DNA of 64,000 nt from Planctomycetota bacterium. Its GTDB lineage: Bacteria > Planctomycetota > B15-G4. The notes below the pieces were generated by a model. The model worked only from the letters and a program-made list of their open reading frames with translations, was not told the DNA's origin and did no database searches. How positions within the stretch are numbered: position 1 is the first letter of the stretch; every line of letters begins with the position of its first letter. The stretch lies in NCBI GenBank assembly GCA_038212275.1, contig JBBQUR010000010.1, positions 32,001-96,000 of the forward strand, read 5' to 3'. The position numbers were made by a program, and so were the translations under genes. This document shows, piece by piece, positions 27,353 through 39,432 of the stretch.

Positions 27353-30135
27353 GAGCGGTGGTCGCTTCCGCGCTCGGCTCCCTGCTTGCGGGACTCCTGC
27401 TCTTCGGAACGGCGACGGACCTCGGAGTGAGTTTCGCGCCGGTGGCGACGGCCATCCTTCTGCTCGCCTGCGGTGCCGGCGCCGCGATGCGCGGCGGTTC
27501 CTGCGCATCGAGCCGGCGCCGGGATGCGGTGGTGCTCACGCTGATCGTGTTGCTGCGCGGCCCGCTCAGTGACGCGTTGCTCGCGGTGATTCCCGGCGGA
27601 GCTCGTTCGACCTGGATCATCGTCGCCCTCGTGACGCTGGCGCCCGCAGGGCTGCTGCTCGGACGCTTGCTCCGCGGCGCGCTGCAGGGCGCATTCGCCG
27701 CGCTGCTCGCCGGCGTGTGTGTCGGCGCGCTGGCCATCGGATTCGGCGTGCAGGGGCTGCTGCCTGCATGGCTGACCGTGCCGCTGGCAGTGTTGCTCAT
27801 CTGGTGGCTTTCGCGCCGGCCCGAAGCCTGCGATCACGCGGAGCACAGTCCGCCCGACCCACACACGACGCCATTGCCGGCATCCGGCTCCATCGGGCTG
27901 CTGCTCGGTGCGTCGCTGGCGCTCGTCGCTCTGTGCTTCCGACGCGTCGTGCCCGCTTATGCCTCGCCGACGGAGCATCCGGACATGGATGTCCTGCTCA
28001 TGCTGCTGCTCCCGGCGGCGCTGGTGGCCTGGCCTGCAGGAGTTCTTGCGCGTGGGCGAGCAACGCGCTGGCTCGGCGCGCTGGGAGGTCTGTCACTCTG
28101 TGGTGCGGCCTGGATCACCACTGACAGCCTCGGGCTGTATCAGAACTCCGTCGCGCTGGTCGGGCTCAAGCGCATGTTTCACGATCGCGCGCTTCACGCC
28201 GGCGGGTTGATCGCGGACTGGCATGTCTGGCTGCTGTCATTTTCCGGCGCCGTGGCCGCGGCGCTGGGTATTGCCGCCGGCGCGGTGCGTGGAACGCGTG
28301 CTGCCGCGGGCGCATTGCTCGGCGTTGGCCTGGCCCATCTGGCCGAGTTCCTGCTCATCGCGCCGCAGAGTCCGCTGGCCACCGGCACGGCCGGCGCACC
28401 GCTGCGGCTGCTCGTGGCGGCCTCGTCGTGCGGCGCGCTTCTCTTGCCGCTCTTTCTCTTCGGTCGCAAGGGCTGGTTGGCGTTGCCGGTTGCGGTGATT
28501 CCGTTTCTCGCCTGGGAGCCCGAGTCGGGAGCGCCGTGGTTCTCCACGACGATGTGGCGCCAGGTGGCGGGATTCGATGAGGTGCGTCGACCGGGCGAAT
28601 ACAGCGCCGAGTGCTTCGAGCGCGACCTCGCCGCGGATGTGACGGTCTTCTCGACACCAGGCGTGGACAGTCGCGCGCTTGAAGGGCGCGATGCCTACAC
28701 CCAGACGTTGAGTGCGCGCACGCCGCTCTTCAGTCTGGGGCCGAATGGAGAGATGCAGACGGCCATCGGGTACGAGGGCGCTCATCCCGTCTTCGGCGTC
28801 CCAGGGCAAGCCGCTGAGACCACCGATGAGACCATCGGGGAGACCGCCGGGGAGACCACCCAGAAGCCATCGACGCCTGAAGTCCAGATCGAGCGTTTCT
28901 ACGGCCTGCGCGTTGCGGGGCGCTCCTTGCACCGTCAGCACTCTCCCATCGGTGCAGAGGGAAGCGTCGGGCGACTGACACGCCTGATGGCCGTGCCGGG
29001 GAGCGTGCTTGCCTGCGGAATCGGTGCCGAGCTGCTGGCCGCCGATCTTCACGACTCCGGTCAGGCGAGCTCAGCGGTGGTCGCAAGTCCGGTGCCACTC
29101 GGGAACATCGGAACCCGGGTGTTGCTTGATCATCTGGGGAGCAACGGCTGGCAGGCAGCGCAGATCGAGGACCCGCAGGTCAGCCTGCGCACCACGCAGT
29201 CGGGCATCATCGACACAGTGGTGGTGGCACCCTCGGAAGCCTCGCTTCCCGGTGTCGCCGAGTTGTGCACCCTGGAGTCCATCGAACGCATGCGACGGCT
29301 GCTGGCTCCCGGTGGTCGCTGTCTGCTGTGGCTGGACACTTCGGAGCTGGGTGAGCGGGAACTTCGCGCGCGCATGGCGTCCTTCGGGGCGGTCTTCGGT
29401 GAGCGCAGCGCGGCCTTTGTCGAGCCGCGTGAACTGGACCCGCCCTTCGTGCTGTTGCTCGGCTGGGTCGATGACGCGGGCCGGCCGTCACGACGCGACC
29501 TTGAAGGACGCCTGCCGTCTCCGGACGCCTCGGGCTTCCGGGCGCGCATCCGGCGCCCGGAGGATCTTGCGGCCTTGCTTCTGCGTGACGGGACGGGGAT
29601 GTCGGTGCTGGCCGACTCCGGGCCGCTGCATGCCCGCGCCCGGCCGATCTGCAGCGTGGCGGGCGCGGAGGCCGGCTGGGCGGCGGTCATGGCAGTCCTC
29701 GGCGAAGCACCGCAGCTTGCATCGGTGGTGGAAGGAGCAGGGCCCGCTCGGAGCGGAGCGCGCGAGGTCTTCGCGGGGCTCGCCAAGCACGGTCGGTATT
29801 CCTACCGCCTGCTCGGCCTCAACGACACGCTCCTCGAGATCAAGCCCGATGTCGACTGGCCTCTGTTCGATGCAGAGGTCGCTTGCTACGTGCGCGCTTC
29901 GGAACAGGATCCGGATGATCCACTCCTGCAACTCGCACTGGCCGCCTTGCTCGAGCCGCTTGCGCTCGTAGGCGATCTCACTCGCTTCGCGACGGCCTAC
30001 GAGGCCTGTCACGCCGAACGGATGCGGAGCTGGCGCCTGGCGCTGCAGGAGGCCTGGGTGCGAAAAGAAGGCCTTCAACTGGAAGAGAGCGAAGCGGCCA
30101 TCGCGCGGGCTCGCAACTGGGCTGCCGGCGGCTGA
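27349..30135 (+). CDS. Large multi-TM protein with a degenerate spermidine-synthase/SAM-fold domain and helical C-terminus
   Basis: About 12-13 hydrophobic segments, then VLACGIGAE and GVAELCTLE.IE.MRRLLAPGG....W; ATG overlaps the dapF stop. Confidence 0.65.
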   Translation: MRAVVASALGSLLAGLLLFGTATDLGVSFAPVATAILLLACGAGAAMRGGSCASSRRRDAVVLTLIVLLRGPLSDALLAVIPGGARSTWIIVALVTLAPAGLLLGRLLRGALQGAFAALLAGVCVGALAIGFGVQGLLPAWLTVPLAVLLIWWLSRRPEACDHAEHSPPDPHTTPLPASGSIGLLLGASLALVALCFRRVVPAYASPTEHPDMDVLLMLLLPAALVAWPAGVLARGRATRWLGALGGLSLCGAAWITTDSLGLYQNSVALVGLKRMFHDRALHAGGLIADWHVWLLSFSGAVAAALGIAAGAVRGTRAAAGALLGVGLAHLAEFLLIAPQSPLATGTAGAPLRLLVAASSCGALLLPLFLFGRKGWLALPVAVIPFLAWEPESGAPWFSTTMWRQVAGFDEVRRPGEYSAECFERDLAADVTVFSTPGVDSRALEGRDAYTQTLSARTPLFSLGPNGEMQTAIGYEGAHPVFGVPGQAAETTDETIGETAGETTQKPSTPEVQIERFYGLRVAGRSLHRQHSPIGAEGSVGRLTRLMAVPGSVLACGIGAELLAADLHDSGQASSAVVASPVPLGNIGTRVLLDHLGSNGWQAAQIEDPQVSLRTTQSGIIDTVVVAPSEASLPGVAELCTLESIERMRRLLAPGGRCLLWLDTSELGERELRARMASFGAVFGERSAAFVEPRELDPPFVLLLGWVDDAGRPSRRDLEGRLPSPDASGFRARIRRPEDLAALLLRDGTGMSVLADSGPLHARARPICSVAGAEAGWAAVMAVLGEAPQLASVVEGAGPARSGAREVFAGLAKHGRYSYRLLGLNDTLLEIKPDVDWPLFDAEVACYVRASEQDPDDPLLQLALAALLEPLALVGDLTRFATAYEACHAERMRSWRLALQEAWVRKEGLQLEESEAAIARARNWAAGG

Positions 30136-30159
30136 TGGGCCACCGGCAAAGGCACGGCC

Positions 30160-30876
30160 TCAGGCCGTGAGTTCGAGCGTCGCCTCGGCCAGCTGACGCA
30201 CCGGGCCGCCAGGTGCCCGCGCGACCAGGCGCACTCGATAGTTGCCACGACCGATCGGCGCGAAGCTGAGCTCGCCGCCGTCAAAGGGGCGCTTTTCACG
30301 GGCCGACCCGTCCACGTCCAGGAGAATGGAGGCGAGTTCGCCCGAGGCCAGCACAGGCATGTTCTCGCAGCGCACGACAAGCCGGGCCGTGCCATTGGTC
30401 TGCACCTGCAACTCCAGTTCATCGATGCCGTGGCCCGGGCCCCGGATGGCAACCCACTCCGGAGCGAGAGTTTCCGTTCCGCGCACCCCGATCGGCGCGG
30501 GGGTGAGCGAGCCATCAAGGAGCGTGCGGAAGGTGAGCTCCGCGTGGTTCATCAGCTCGATGCCACGCTTCACCAGTCGTCCGACGATGCGCACTGCTGC
30601 GGGCGGCGATGAGGCTTGCACAGCCTCCGCGAAGGCGGGGGAGGGAGCGCTGGCAAGACGGAGATCCGTCGAGTTCAGGTTGACCACCATGCGCAACAGG
30701 TCGTGGCAATCGGCGCAGGCCAGAGAGTGCAGCTCGAGTGCCTCGCGTTCCGGGGCGGGGAGGAGCGCGCCCAGGTACTCCGCGAAGGCCTCATCGGACG
30801 GACAGTTCTTTCCGGGTGCCTTGGAATTCAGCGGCTGGCCGGCAGTCGCGAAGAGACGATCGATGGGGTTGCTCAT
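30160..30876 (-). CDS. Putative cytoplasmic zinc-binding anti-sigma factor (zf-HC2)
   Basis: CPSDEAFAEYL..LL...ERE.LE.HSLACADC (HxxxCxxC), no TM, beta-rich C-terminal half; downstream of a sigma-like gene. Confidence 0.75.
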   Translation of the reverse strand: MSNPIDRLFATAGQPLNSKAPGKNCPSDEAFAEYLGALLPAPEREALELHSLACADCHDLLRMVVNLNSTDLRLASAPSPAFAEAVQASSPPAAVRIVGRLVKRGIELMNHAELTFRTLLDGSLTPAPIGVRGTETLAPEWVAIRGPGHGIDELELQVQTNGTARLVVRCENMPVLASGELASILLDVDGSAREKRPFDGGELSFAPIGRGNYRVRLVARAPGGPVRQLAEATLELTA

Positions 30877-30979
30877 GGAAATCCTTTGTGCCTGGCCGCC
30901 TGGGTGGAGAAGCGGGCCGGTCGGACGCGACCGCACGTGGTGGATCTGACAGGCAGCGCGGGGCGCCGGGCCGAGAAGC

Positions 30980-31855
30980 TCACTGCACGACCCCAGCGCC
31001 CACGCGCTCGGCCAGCTCGTGGATGACGGAGAGGCATTCCGCTTCCACGGAGGCCGGATTCTTGAGCGCCGCCAGCTTGGCGAGCTCAGGCCTGGTCGCG
31101 CAGAAACGCGGGTAATCGATCAGGACCAGGCCAAGCAGGGCCCTTCGCTTGGACCCGGGCTGCAGCAGCCCCTCGAGAAGCTGACCGGTGGGGACACCCA
31201 GCAACGGACGAAGGGCCTGCTGGACGGCGGGGGTCAGGACCTCGGGGTCGGGGCGGCGGGGGCTCGCGCAGTCTCCGTCGCCGAGGCGGGCGGTCATCTG
31301 GTCCTTGGCGCGCTTGTAGAGGGCGTCGATATTGGCGCGCGAGGTCGCCATCACCACGCCGATGCGCTCCCGGTCCACCTCCTTGAAGACCCAGAGCACG
31401 GCCGAAATGCGCTTCCAATCCAGTGAAAACAGCAGGTTGTAGAACGTGTCCAGCTGCTCCCGCTCGAGACTCCGCTCGTCCGGGTTGTTCTGCTTCGGGT
31501 CCTCGAACTCCCAGGTGGGCTCATCGTCTTCGCGGCCCCCCTGCCCGATTCCGCGAGGATGGCGGCGGAATTTGCGACGCTCGTCCAGCGTGAAGCGCGT
31601 GACGACGATCTGCAGGAAACTGGCCAATGAGGCCGAGTTGCGCCCCTCGAAGGCGCGCAGCTTGTAGTAATCCTTCGCGGACAGGTTGATGACGAAGCCC
31701 TGGTAGAGGTCGTCCAGGTAGTCGCGGGGGAAGCCCATCCCGGGAGCGTTGAAGATCGAATAGAAGAGCGAGCGATAGCGGTCGAGGAACTGCTCGAAGG
31801 CCCCCTTCTCGCCGGCAAAAATTCGGTCGAGCAGTTCTTTCTCGTCGGCCTTCAT
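30980..31855 (-). CDS. Divergent ECF-type sigma factor with C-terminal extension
   Basis: LLDRIFAGEKGAFEQFLDRY, DDLYQ, LRAFEGRN.ASLASFL..V...F.LD..RK and a degenerate region-4 HTH (ERIG.VM.TSRANID..YKRA). Confidence 0.75.
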   Translation of the reverse strand: MKADEKELLDRIFAGEKGAFEQFLDRYRSLFYSIFNAPGMGFPRDYLDDLYQGFVINLSAKDYYKLRAFEGRNSASLASFLQIVVTRFTLDERRKFRRHPRGIGQGGREDDEPTWEFEDPKQNNPDERSLEREQLDTFYNLLFSLDWKRISAVLWVFKEVDRERIGVVMATSRANIDALYKRAKDQMTARLGDGDCASPRRPDPEVLTPAVQQALRPLLGVPTGQLLEGLLQPGSKRRALLGLVLIDYPRFCATRPELAKLAALKNPASVEAECLSVIHELAERVGAGVVQ

Positions 31856-32012
31856 TCGGGGGCGGTCCGTCTCGGGGAATGGGAGGGCATCTCACCTCGG
31901 CGGAAGCCCCGCATCGGCGCAGGGTCGCAGGCGCTGGTCGAGCCCCTGCGGCAGAGTCGGTAGTCCGACCTTAAACTGCTCCGTGGCAACATCTTACAGG
32001 AAGCATCCCACG

Positions 32013-32041
32013 TTGAAATAGACAGCCGATCCGGGGATGAT
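32013..32041 (+). promoter_or_regulatory. Putative sigma70 promoter of gyrA
   Basis: TTGAAA-N17-GATGAT in an AT-enriched intergenic patch; an oppositely oriented TAAGAT lies at 31991-31996. Confidence 0.4.
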
Positions 32042-32110
32042 AGCGACTCGCCCGGTGCCCCCCATATCCGTACTTCGGGGACACCTTGAGTGCCCCCACG
32101 GGATCCTTCC

Positions 32111-34705
<2,595 letters not shown>

Positions 34706-34742
34706 TCGCCCCGAACAGGCGCCAGCCGCTCGCCACCCCGCG

Positions 34743-36086
34743 ATGGCCTCCATCCAGGAGGCCCTGGCGGAGTTGTCGGCCGGGCGCATGCTCATCCTGG
34801 TGGACGACGAGGAGCGCGAGAACGAGGGTGACCTCGTCTGCTTCGCGGAATTCATCACGCCCGAAATCGTGAACTTCATGGCGCGGCACGCGCGGGGCCT
34901 CATCTGCCTGCCGATGGACAAGGCCATCGCGGACCGCCTCGACCTGCCGCTGCAGGTGGAGCGCAACACGTCCCGCCTCGGCACCGCATTCACGGTCTCG
35001 ATCGAAGCGCGCACGGGCGTGACCACCGGCATCTCCGCAGCGGACCGCGCGCGCACGATCCTCACCGCCGCGGGCCCCGACTGCAAAGCCGAGGACCTCG
35101 TGCGTCCCGGCCACATCTTTCCGCTGCGCGCGATGCCAGGCGGCGTGCTGCGTCGTGCTGGCCAGACCGAGGGCGCGGTCGACCTTGCACGTCTCGCGGG
35201 CCGCCGTCCGATCGCCGTGATCTGCGAGATCATGAACGAGGACGGCACCATGGCGCGCATGCCGGACCTCGTGCGCTTCGCCGGGGAGCACGGACTCAGG
35301 ATTGCCACCGTCGCGGACCTCATCGCGCACCGGCGCAAGACCGAGCGCCTCATCGAGCTCGTCGTGTCGATCGACCTGCCGACGGCCGACGGCGAGTACC
35401 GCGCACACCTCTACCGCAGCACGGTGGACGGCAGCGAGCATCTCGCCCTCAGCCTCGGCGACCCGCACCCGGGCCTGCAGGACGGCATCGGGCGTCCGGT
35501 GCTCGTGCGCGTGCACAGCGAATGCCTCACCGGTGATGTGCTCGGCTCGCTGCGCTGCGATTGCGGCAGCCAGCTCAAGGCCGCGATGCGCAAGGTCGCC
35601 GCCGAGGGCGAGGGCATCGTGCTCTACATGCGCCAGCAGGAGGGCCGCGGCATCGGCCTCGCGAACAAGATGCGCGCCTATCACCTGCAGCAGACGCAGG
35701 GCCTGGATACCGTCGAGGCGAATCGCGCGCTGGGGCTTCCGGTGGACATTCGCGACTACGGAGTCGGGGCGCAGATCCTGCGCGACCTCGGCGTACGCGA
35801 GATGCGCCTGCTCACGAACAACCCGAGCAAATACCACGCGATGAACGGTTATGGCCTGAAGATCACGGAGCGCGTGCCGCTGCAGGTGAAGCCCGACCGC
35901 CACAACGAGCGCTACCTGCGCACGAAGCGCGACAAGCTCGGCCACGACCTCGACCTCGGGCCTGAAGCGGGCCTCGCCCCGCAGGCCGCGCGCCAGCCGG
36001 GCGGCACGGCGGCCGCACCCGATCCCGCCCCGGACGCCTCGTCCGGCCGGCCGGGGTCGTCGAGCCCGGACCGCAAGCCGTCCTGA
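34743..36086 (+). CDS. ribBA: Bifunctional DHBP synthase / GTP cyclohydrolase II
   Basis: [50 protein letters not shown] and EGRGIGL.NK. Confidence 0.97.
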   Translation: MASIQEALAELSAGRMLILVDDEERENEGDLVCFAEFITPEIVNFMARHARGLICLPMDKAIADRLDLPLQVERNTSRLGTAFTVSIEARTGVTTGISAADRARTILTAAGPDCKAEDLVRPGHIFPLRAMPGGVLRRAGQTEGAVDLARLAGRRPIAVICEIMNEDGTMARMPDLVRFAGEHGLRIATVADLIAHRRKTERLIELVVSIDLPTADGEYRAHLYRSTVDGSEHLALSLGDPHPGLQDGIGRPVLVRVHSECLTGDVLGSLRCDCGSQLKAAMRKVAAEGEGIVLYMRQQEGRGIGLANKMRAYHLQQTQGLDTVEANRALGLPVDIRDYGVGAQILRDLGVREMRLLTNNPSKYHAMNGYGLKITERVPLQVKPDRHNERYLRTKRDKLGHDLDLGPEAGLAPQAARQPGGTAAAPDPAPDASSGRPGSSSPDRKPS

Positions 36087-36115
36087 GCGCCGGCCGCGCC
36101 AGCGACCCGCGCGCC

Positions 36116-36145
36116 GGGAATAGGCCCCGGCGGGCTCCCGTCCAA
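36116..36145 (+). promoter_or_regulatory. Putative ECF-sigma-dependent (autoregulatory) promoter
   Basis: GGGAAT-N17-CGTCCAA ending 23 nt before the ECF gene start. Confidence 0.55.
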
Positions 36146-36168
36146 GCCGCACCGACGCGGAGATCAGC

Positions 36169-36726
36169 ATGAGGGACGAGGATGCGGCCCTCGTGGCCCG
36201 ATTGTGCGCCGGCGACGAGGACGCCTGCCGTGAGTTCGTGGATGCCTATCGAGACCGGATCATCACCGTGGTGGCGCGCGTCGCGGGCACCGGCTCGGAT
36301 GCCGAGGACCTGGCGCAGGAGGTCTTCATCAAGGCCCTCCGCAACATCCACCGATTCGAAGGCGGCTCGGCGCTCTTCACGTGGCTGTACCGCATCGCGG
36401 TCAACACCGCGCGCGACTTCCTCGCGAGCCGTCGTCGTCGTCCGTCCGTGCCGCTCGATGGCGAGAACGGCCCGAACGCCGAACCGACGGCCCCGGGCGA
36501 CGGCCCTGCCGAGGCGCTGCTGCGCGACGAGCGCCGCGCCATCGTGCGCGCTGCGCTGGAGCGGCTGCCCGAGCCGTTCCGCACCACGCTCATCCTGCGC
36601 GACATGGAAGGCAACAGCTACGAGCAGGTCGCGGACCTCCTGGGTGTCTCGATCGGCACCGTGGAATCGCGCATCTTCCGCGCGCGCTGCAAGCTCCGGG
36701 CGCTGCTGGGAGGGATCGCGCCATGA
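36169..36726 (+). CDS. ECF RNA polymerase sigma factor (RpoE-like)
   Basis: DAEDLAQEVFIKA, FTWLYRIAVN and LPE.FR..L.LRD.EG.SYEQVA..LG.SIGTV.SRIFRAR. Confidence 0.95.
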   Translation: MRDEDAALVARLCAGDEDACREFVDAYRDRIITVVARVAGTGSDAEDLAQEVFIKALRNIHRFEGGSALFTWLYRIAVNTARDFLASRRRRPSVPLDGENGPNAEPTAPGDGPAEALLRDERRAIVRAALERLPEPFRTTLILRDMEGNSYEQVADLLGVSIGTVESRIFRARCKLRALLGGIAP

Positions 36727-37283
36727 ACACGCCTGAGGACTCTCGCGACCTGTCCCCGGATCGCGCTTCCGGTGCTGCGCCGGACCTTGCCGAGCTTGCC
36801 GAGAATGAGCGCTGCCTCTCGGTGCTCATGCTCCTGCACGATGGCCGGCCGGTGCAGCCTGCACTTGCCGCGTGGGCGCAGGCGCACGTTGCGACGCACG
36901 CGAGCTGCGCGGCGGCCTACGCGGAGTTGATCGAGCAGTCTGCCGCACTGGCCGCGACGAGTTCCCGCCGCGCACGCCCGGACTTCACGGATCGCGTCCT
37001 TTCGCGACGGGCACCGGACGACGACGCGGGGGGCGCACGCGCCGACCTGTTGCCGTTCGTGCGTCGTCTCGCGGTGGCGGCAGGACTCGCGCTTGCCCTC
37101 ACGCTCTTTGCCGAGCTGGTCCAGCCGTCGGACGTGACGGCGGATTCCTCCCTGCAGACCAATCGGCACGCGGCCGATCACTTCCGGCGCGGCCCTTTCG
37201 GTCCGCAGGACATCGAGGCCGGCCTGCGCGGGCGGCTCAAGGATCCGGACTTCGGCCGTCAGCCTCGAGGAGCCGGACGATGA
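36723..37283 (+). CDS. Putative membrane anti-sigma factor
   Basis: Overlaps the sigma stop; degenerate ZAS motif HVATHASC, PDFTDRVL and one TM helix. Confidence 0.7.
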   Translation: MNTPEDSRDLSPDRASGAAPDLAELAENERCLSVLMLLHDGRPVQPALAAWAQAHVATHASCAAAYAELIEQSAALAATSSRRARPDFTDRVLSRRAPDDDAGGARADLLPFVRRLAVAAGLALALTLFAELVQPSDVTADSSLQTNRHAADHFRRGPFGPQDIEAGLRGRLKDPDFGRQPRGAGR

Positions 37284-37663
37284 GCCCGCGCGACGTGCCG
37301 GCCGGCGGTCGTGGCGTGCAGGTGTCCGTGGTGCTGCTGGCGTTGCTCTGCCTGGCCACGGGCGTGCTCGTCGGCTGGCAGCTCCACCGCGAGCCCGCGC
37401 GACCGGCAAGTTACCTCGCGCAACTCACGGAGTCGCTGGATCTGCGCCCCGACCAGGTGGCCGCCCTCGACACCGTGCTGGCCGAGGAAGATCTCCAGAT
37501 CGACGAACTGCTGCGCGGCAAGCTGCAGCAACTGAGCGAGCCCGTGTCCGCTCGACGCCAGCAGACGGAGGCCGCGCTGATCGCGCTGCTCGACGAGTCT
37601 CAGCGCGCTCGCTACGAGCAATTGCTGCACCCGGACGGCAGCGGCGAGGAGAGCGGGCGTTGA
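37280..37663 (+). CDS. Small exported helical protein (Spy/CpxP/heavy-metal-sensor-like)
   Basis: TM/signal segment, then L.ESLDLRPDQ...L and LL.ESQRARY (LTxxQ-like motifs). Confidence 0.6.
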   Translation: MSPRDVPAGGRGVQVSVVLLALLCLATGVLVGWQLHREPARPASYLAQLTESLDLRPDQVAALDTVLAEEDLQIDELLRGKLQQLSEPVSARRQQTEAALIALLDESQRARYEQLLHPDGSGEESGR

Positions 37664-37688
37664 TACCCCTTGAGGGCTGCCGTATCGT
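37660..37688 (+). promoter_or_regulatory. Putative sigma70 promoter for the PilM/GspL-like pair
   Basis: TTGATA-N17-TATCGT. Confidence 0.6.
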
Positions 37689-37725
37689 CGCGCCGGTTTT
37701 CCAGGGCCCGCGGATCTCCTGAGTC

Positions 37726-39432
37726 ATGGCCACGCAGACCGCCATCGAGTACGCGGGCCGCCGCGTGCGCCTGCTCGAGTTCGACGGCACGGTGCGCAAG
37801 CTCCGCGTCGTCGGCGTGCGGGAGGTGGACCTGGACGTGCCGCCGCAGGAGGAGGGCGGGCCTGACCCGGACGACCTGCGCGCGAAGGCCATTGCCGAGG
37901 TGATGAAGGAGGCCGGCTTCGCGACGGACCCGTCGGCCATGGCCTTCGATGCCGGCCACGCGATGTTCCGCGAGTTCGACCTGCCCTTCACCAACGAGGA
38001 GCAGATCGCGAAGGTCGTGCGCTTCGAGTCCGAGAGCCACTTCCCGGGCGACATCGACGAGGTGGTCATCCAGCACGTCGTGCTGCGCAAGCTGCGCGAC
38101 AAGAGCCACCTGCTCGTGGCCGCCGTCCGCAAGGACGACCTGCTCGACCGCCTCGACATCCTCGAGGAGTCCGGACTCGACCCGCAGTTCGTGGACATCG
38201 ACGTCTTCGCGATGTACCACGCGCTCGTCGGCACGGGGGTGGCCGACGAGCATCCGCGCATGATCGTCGTGAACGCGGAAACCAGCACGACCACGCTCAT
38301 GTTCCTCGTGGACGGCACGCTGTTCGCGGTGCGTTCCATCCGCATCGGCACGCATGGCGTCTCGTCCTCCGCCGTCGAGTCGCTGACGGCGGAGCCCGGC
38401 ATGGAGGACGCCGGCGGCGGGGCGGCCGCGGCCCTCGCCCGCGGCGCGGCGCGCGAGTCCGAACTGGAAACCGTCCGCACGCACGACTACCTCGCGCGCC
38501 TCACGCGCGAAATCCGCCGCACCCTGTCCACGCTGCCGGACTTCGGCCAGGCGGACGCGCTCTACATCACGGGTGCGGGCAGCCTGCTTCCCGGCATCCG
38601 TGAGTCCATGTCGGCCTCCTTCGGCCTGCAGGCCACGTCGCTCAACCTGCTCGAGCACGTGGAGCACAAGCTCTCGGACGAAGACGTCGAGCGCTACGGC
38701 CCGGAGATCGGCGCGACGCTCGGCATGGCCTTCAAGCTCTGCGGCCTCGATCGGACGCACACGGACTTCCGCCGCGAAGAGGCCGCCTACACGCGCAAGT
38801 TCGACCAGATCAAGACGCCGCTCATCGTGCTGGCGCTCATGGCCTTTCTCGTCACGGCCTTCCTCGGCCTGCACGCGTACATGGACGTGAAGCACCTGAA
38901 GGCCGAGTACGGCGACGCCGCCACCAAGAGCGGCATCCTCGGAACGGGCGATCTCCAGCTCGTCCAGCTCTTCGACAGCGAAGACAAGCTGGAGCAGGCG
39001 CGCGCGCGCATCGCGGCGGTGGAGTTCGGCCCCAAGCGCGTGGATGCCATGCTCAGGGAAGTCCAGAAGCTGAGCGAGGACATCAAGAAGGGCCTCGGCC
39101 GAAGCGACACGATCCCCGAACTGCGCTCTGCGCTGGCCGCATGGATCGAGCTCTTCGAGGTCATCCGTCAGAACGAGGACACGCTCGGGCGCATCGCGCT
39201 CACCCGCATCGACATCGAAGCCAGCGGCAAGGAGCCGACGATCAAGCTCAGCGGCGAGATGGAGGACCTGACTCACCTCTCCGCCTTCATGGACATGATC
39301 AAGGCGCGTCCGATGTTCAAGGAAGCCAACGTGGGCGCGACGAAGCCGACGACCAAGGGCACCACGAGCTTCACGGATGTCACGCTGCTGCTCAACCTGT
39401 CCGGCGCCGACGCCCAGGAGGCGACCAACTGA
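37726..39432 (+). CDS. PilM-PilN fusion / GspL-like alignment-complex protein
   Basis: Actin-like PilM region (FREFDLPF, FESESHFP, LVAAV.K, LEESGLDP..VD.D, LYITGAGSLLPGI), DFRREE, TM helix and periplasmic PilN-like domain. Confidence 0.8.
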   Translation: MATQTAIEYAGRRVRLLEFDGTVRKLRVVGVREVDLDVPPQEEGGPDPDDLRAKAIAEVMKEAGFATDPSAMAFDAGHAMFREFDLPFTNEEQIAKVVRFESESHFPGDIDEVVIQHVVLRKLRDKSHLLVAAVRKDDLLDRLDILEESGLDPQFVDIDVFAMYHALVGTGVADEHPRMIVVNAETSTTTLMFLVDGTLFAVRSIRIGTHGVSSSAVESLTAEPGMEDAGGGAAAALARGAARESELETVRTHDYLARLTREIRRTLSTLPDFGQADALYITGAGSLLPGIRESMSASFGLQATSLNLLEHVEHKLSDEDVERYGPEIGATLGMAFKLCGLDRTHTDFRREEAAYTRKFDQIKTPLIVLALMAFLVTAFLGLHAYMDVKHLKAEYGDAATKSGILGTGDLQLVQLFDSEDKLEQARARIAAVEFGPKRVDAMLREVQKLSEDIKKGLGRSDTIPELRSALAAWIELFEVIRQNEDTLGRIALTRIDIEASGKEPTIKLSGEMEDLTHLSAFMDMIKARPMFKEANVGATKPTTKGTTSFTDVTLLLNLSGADAQEATN

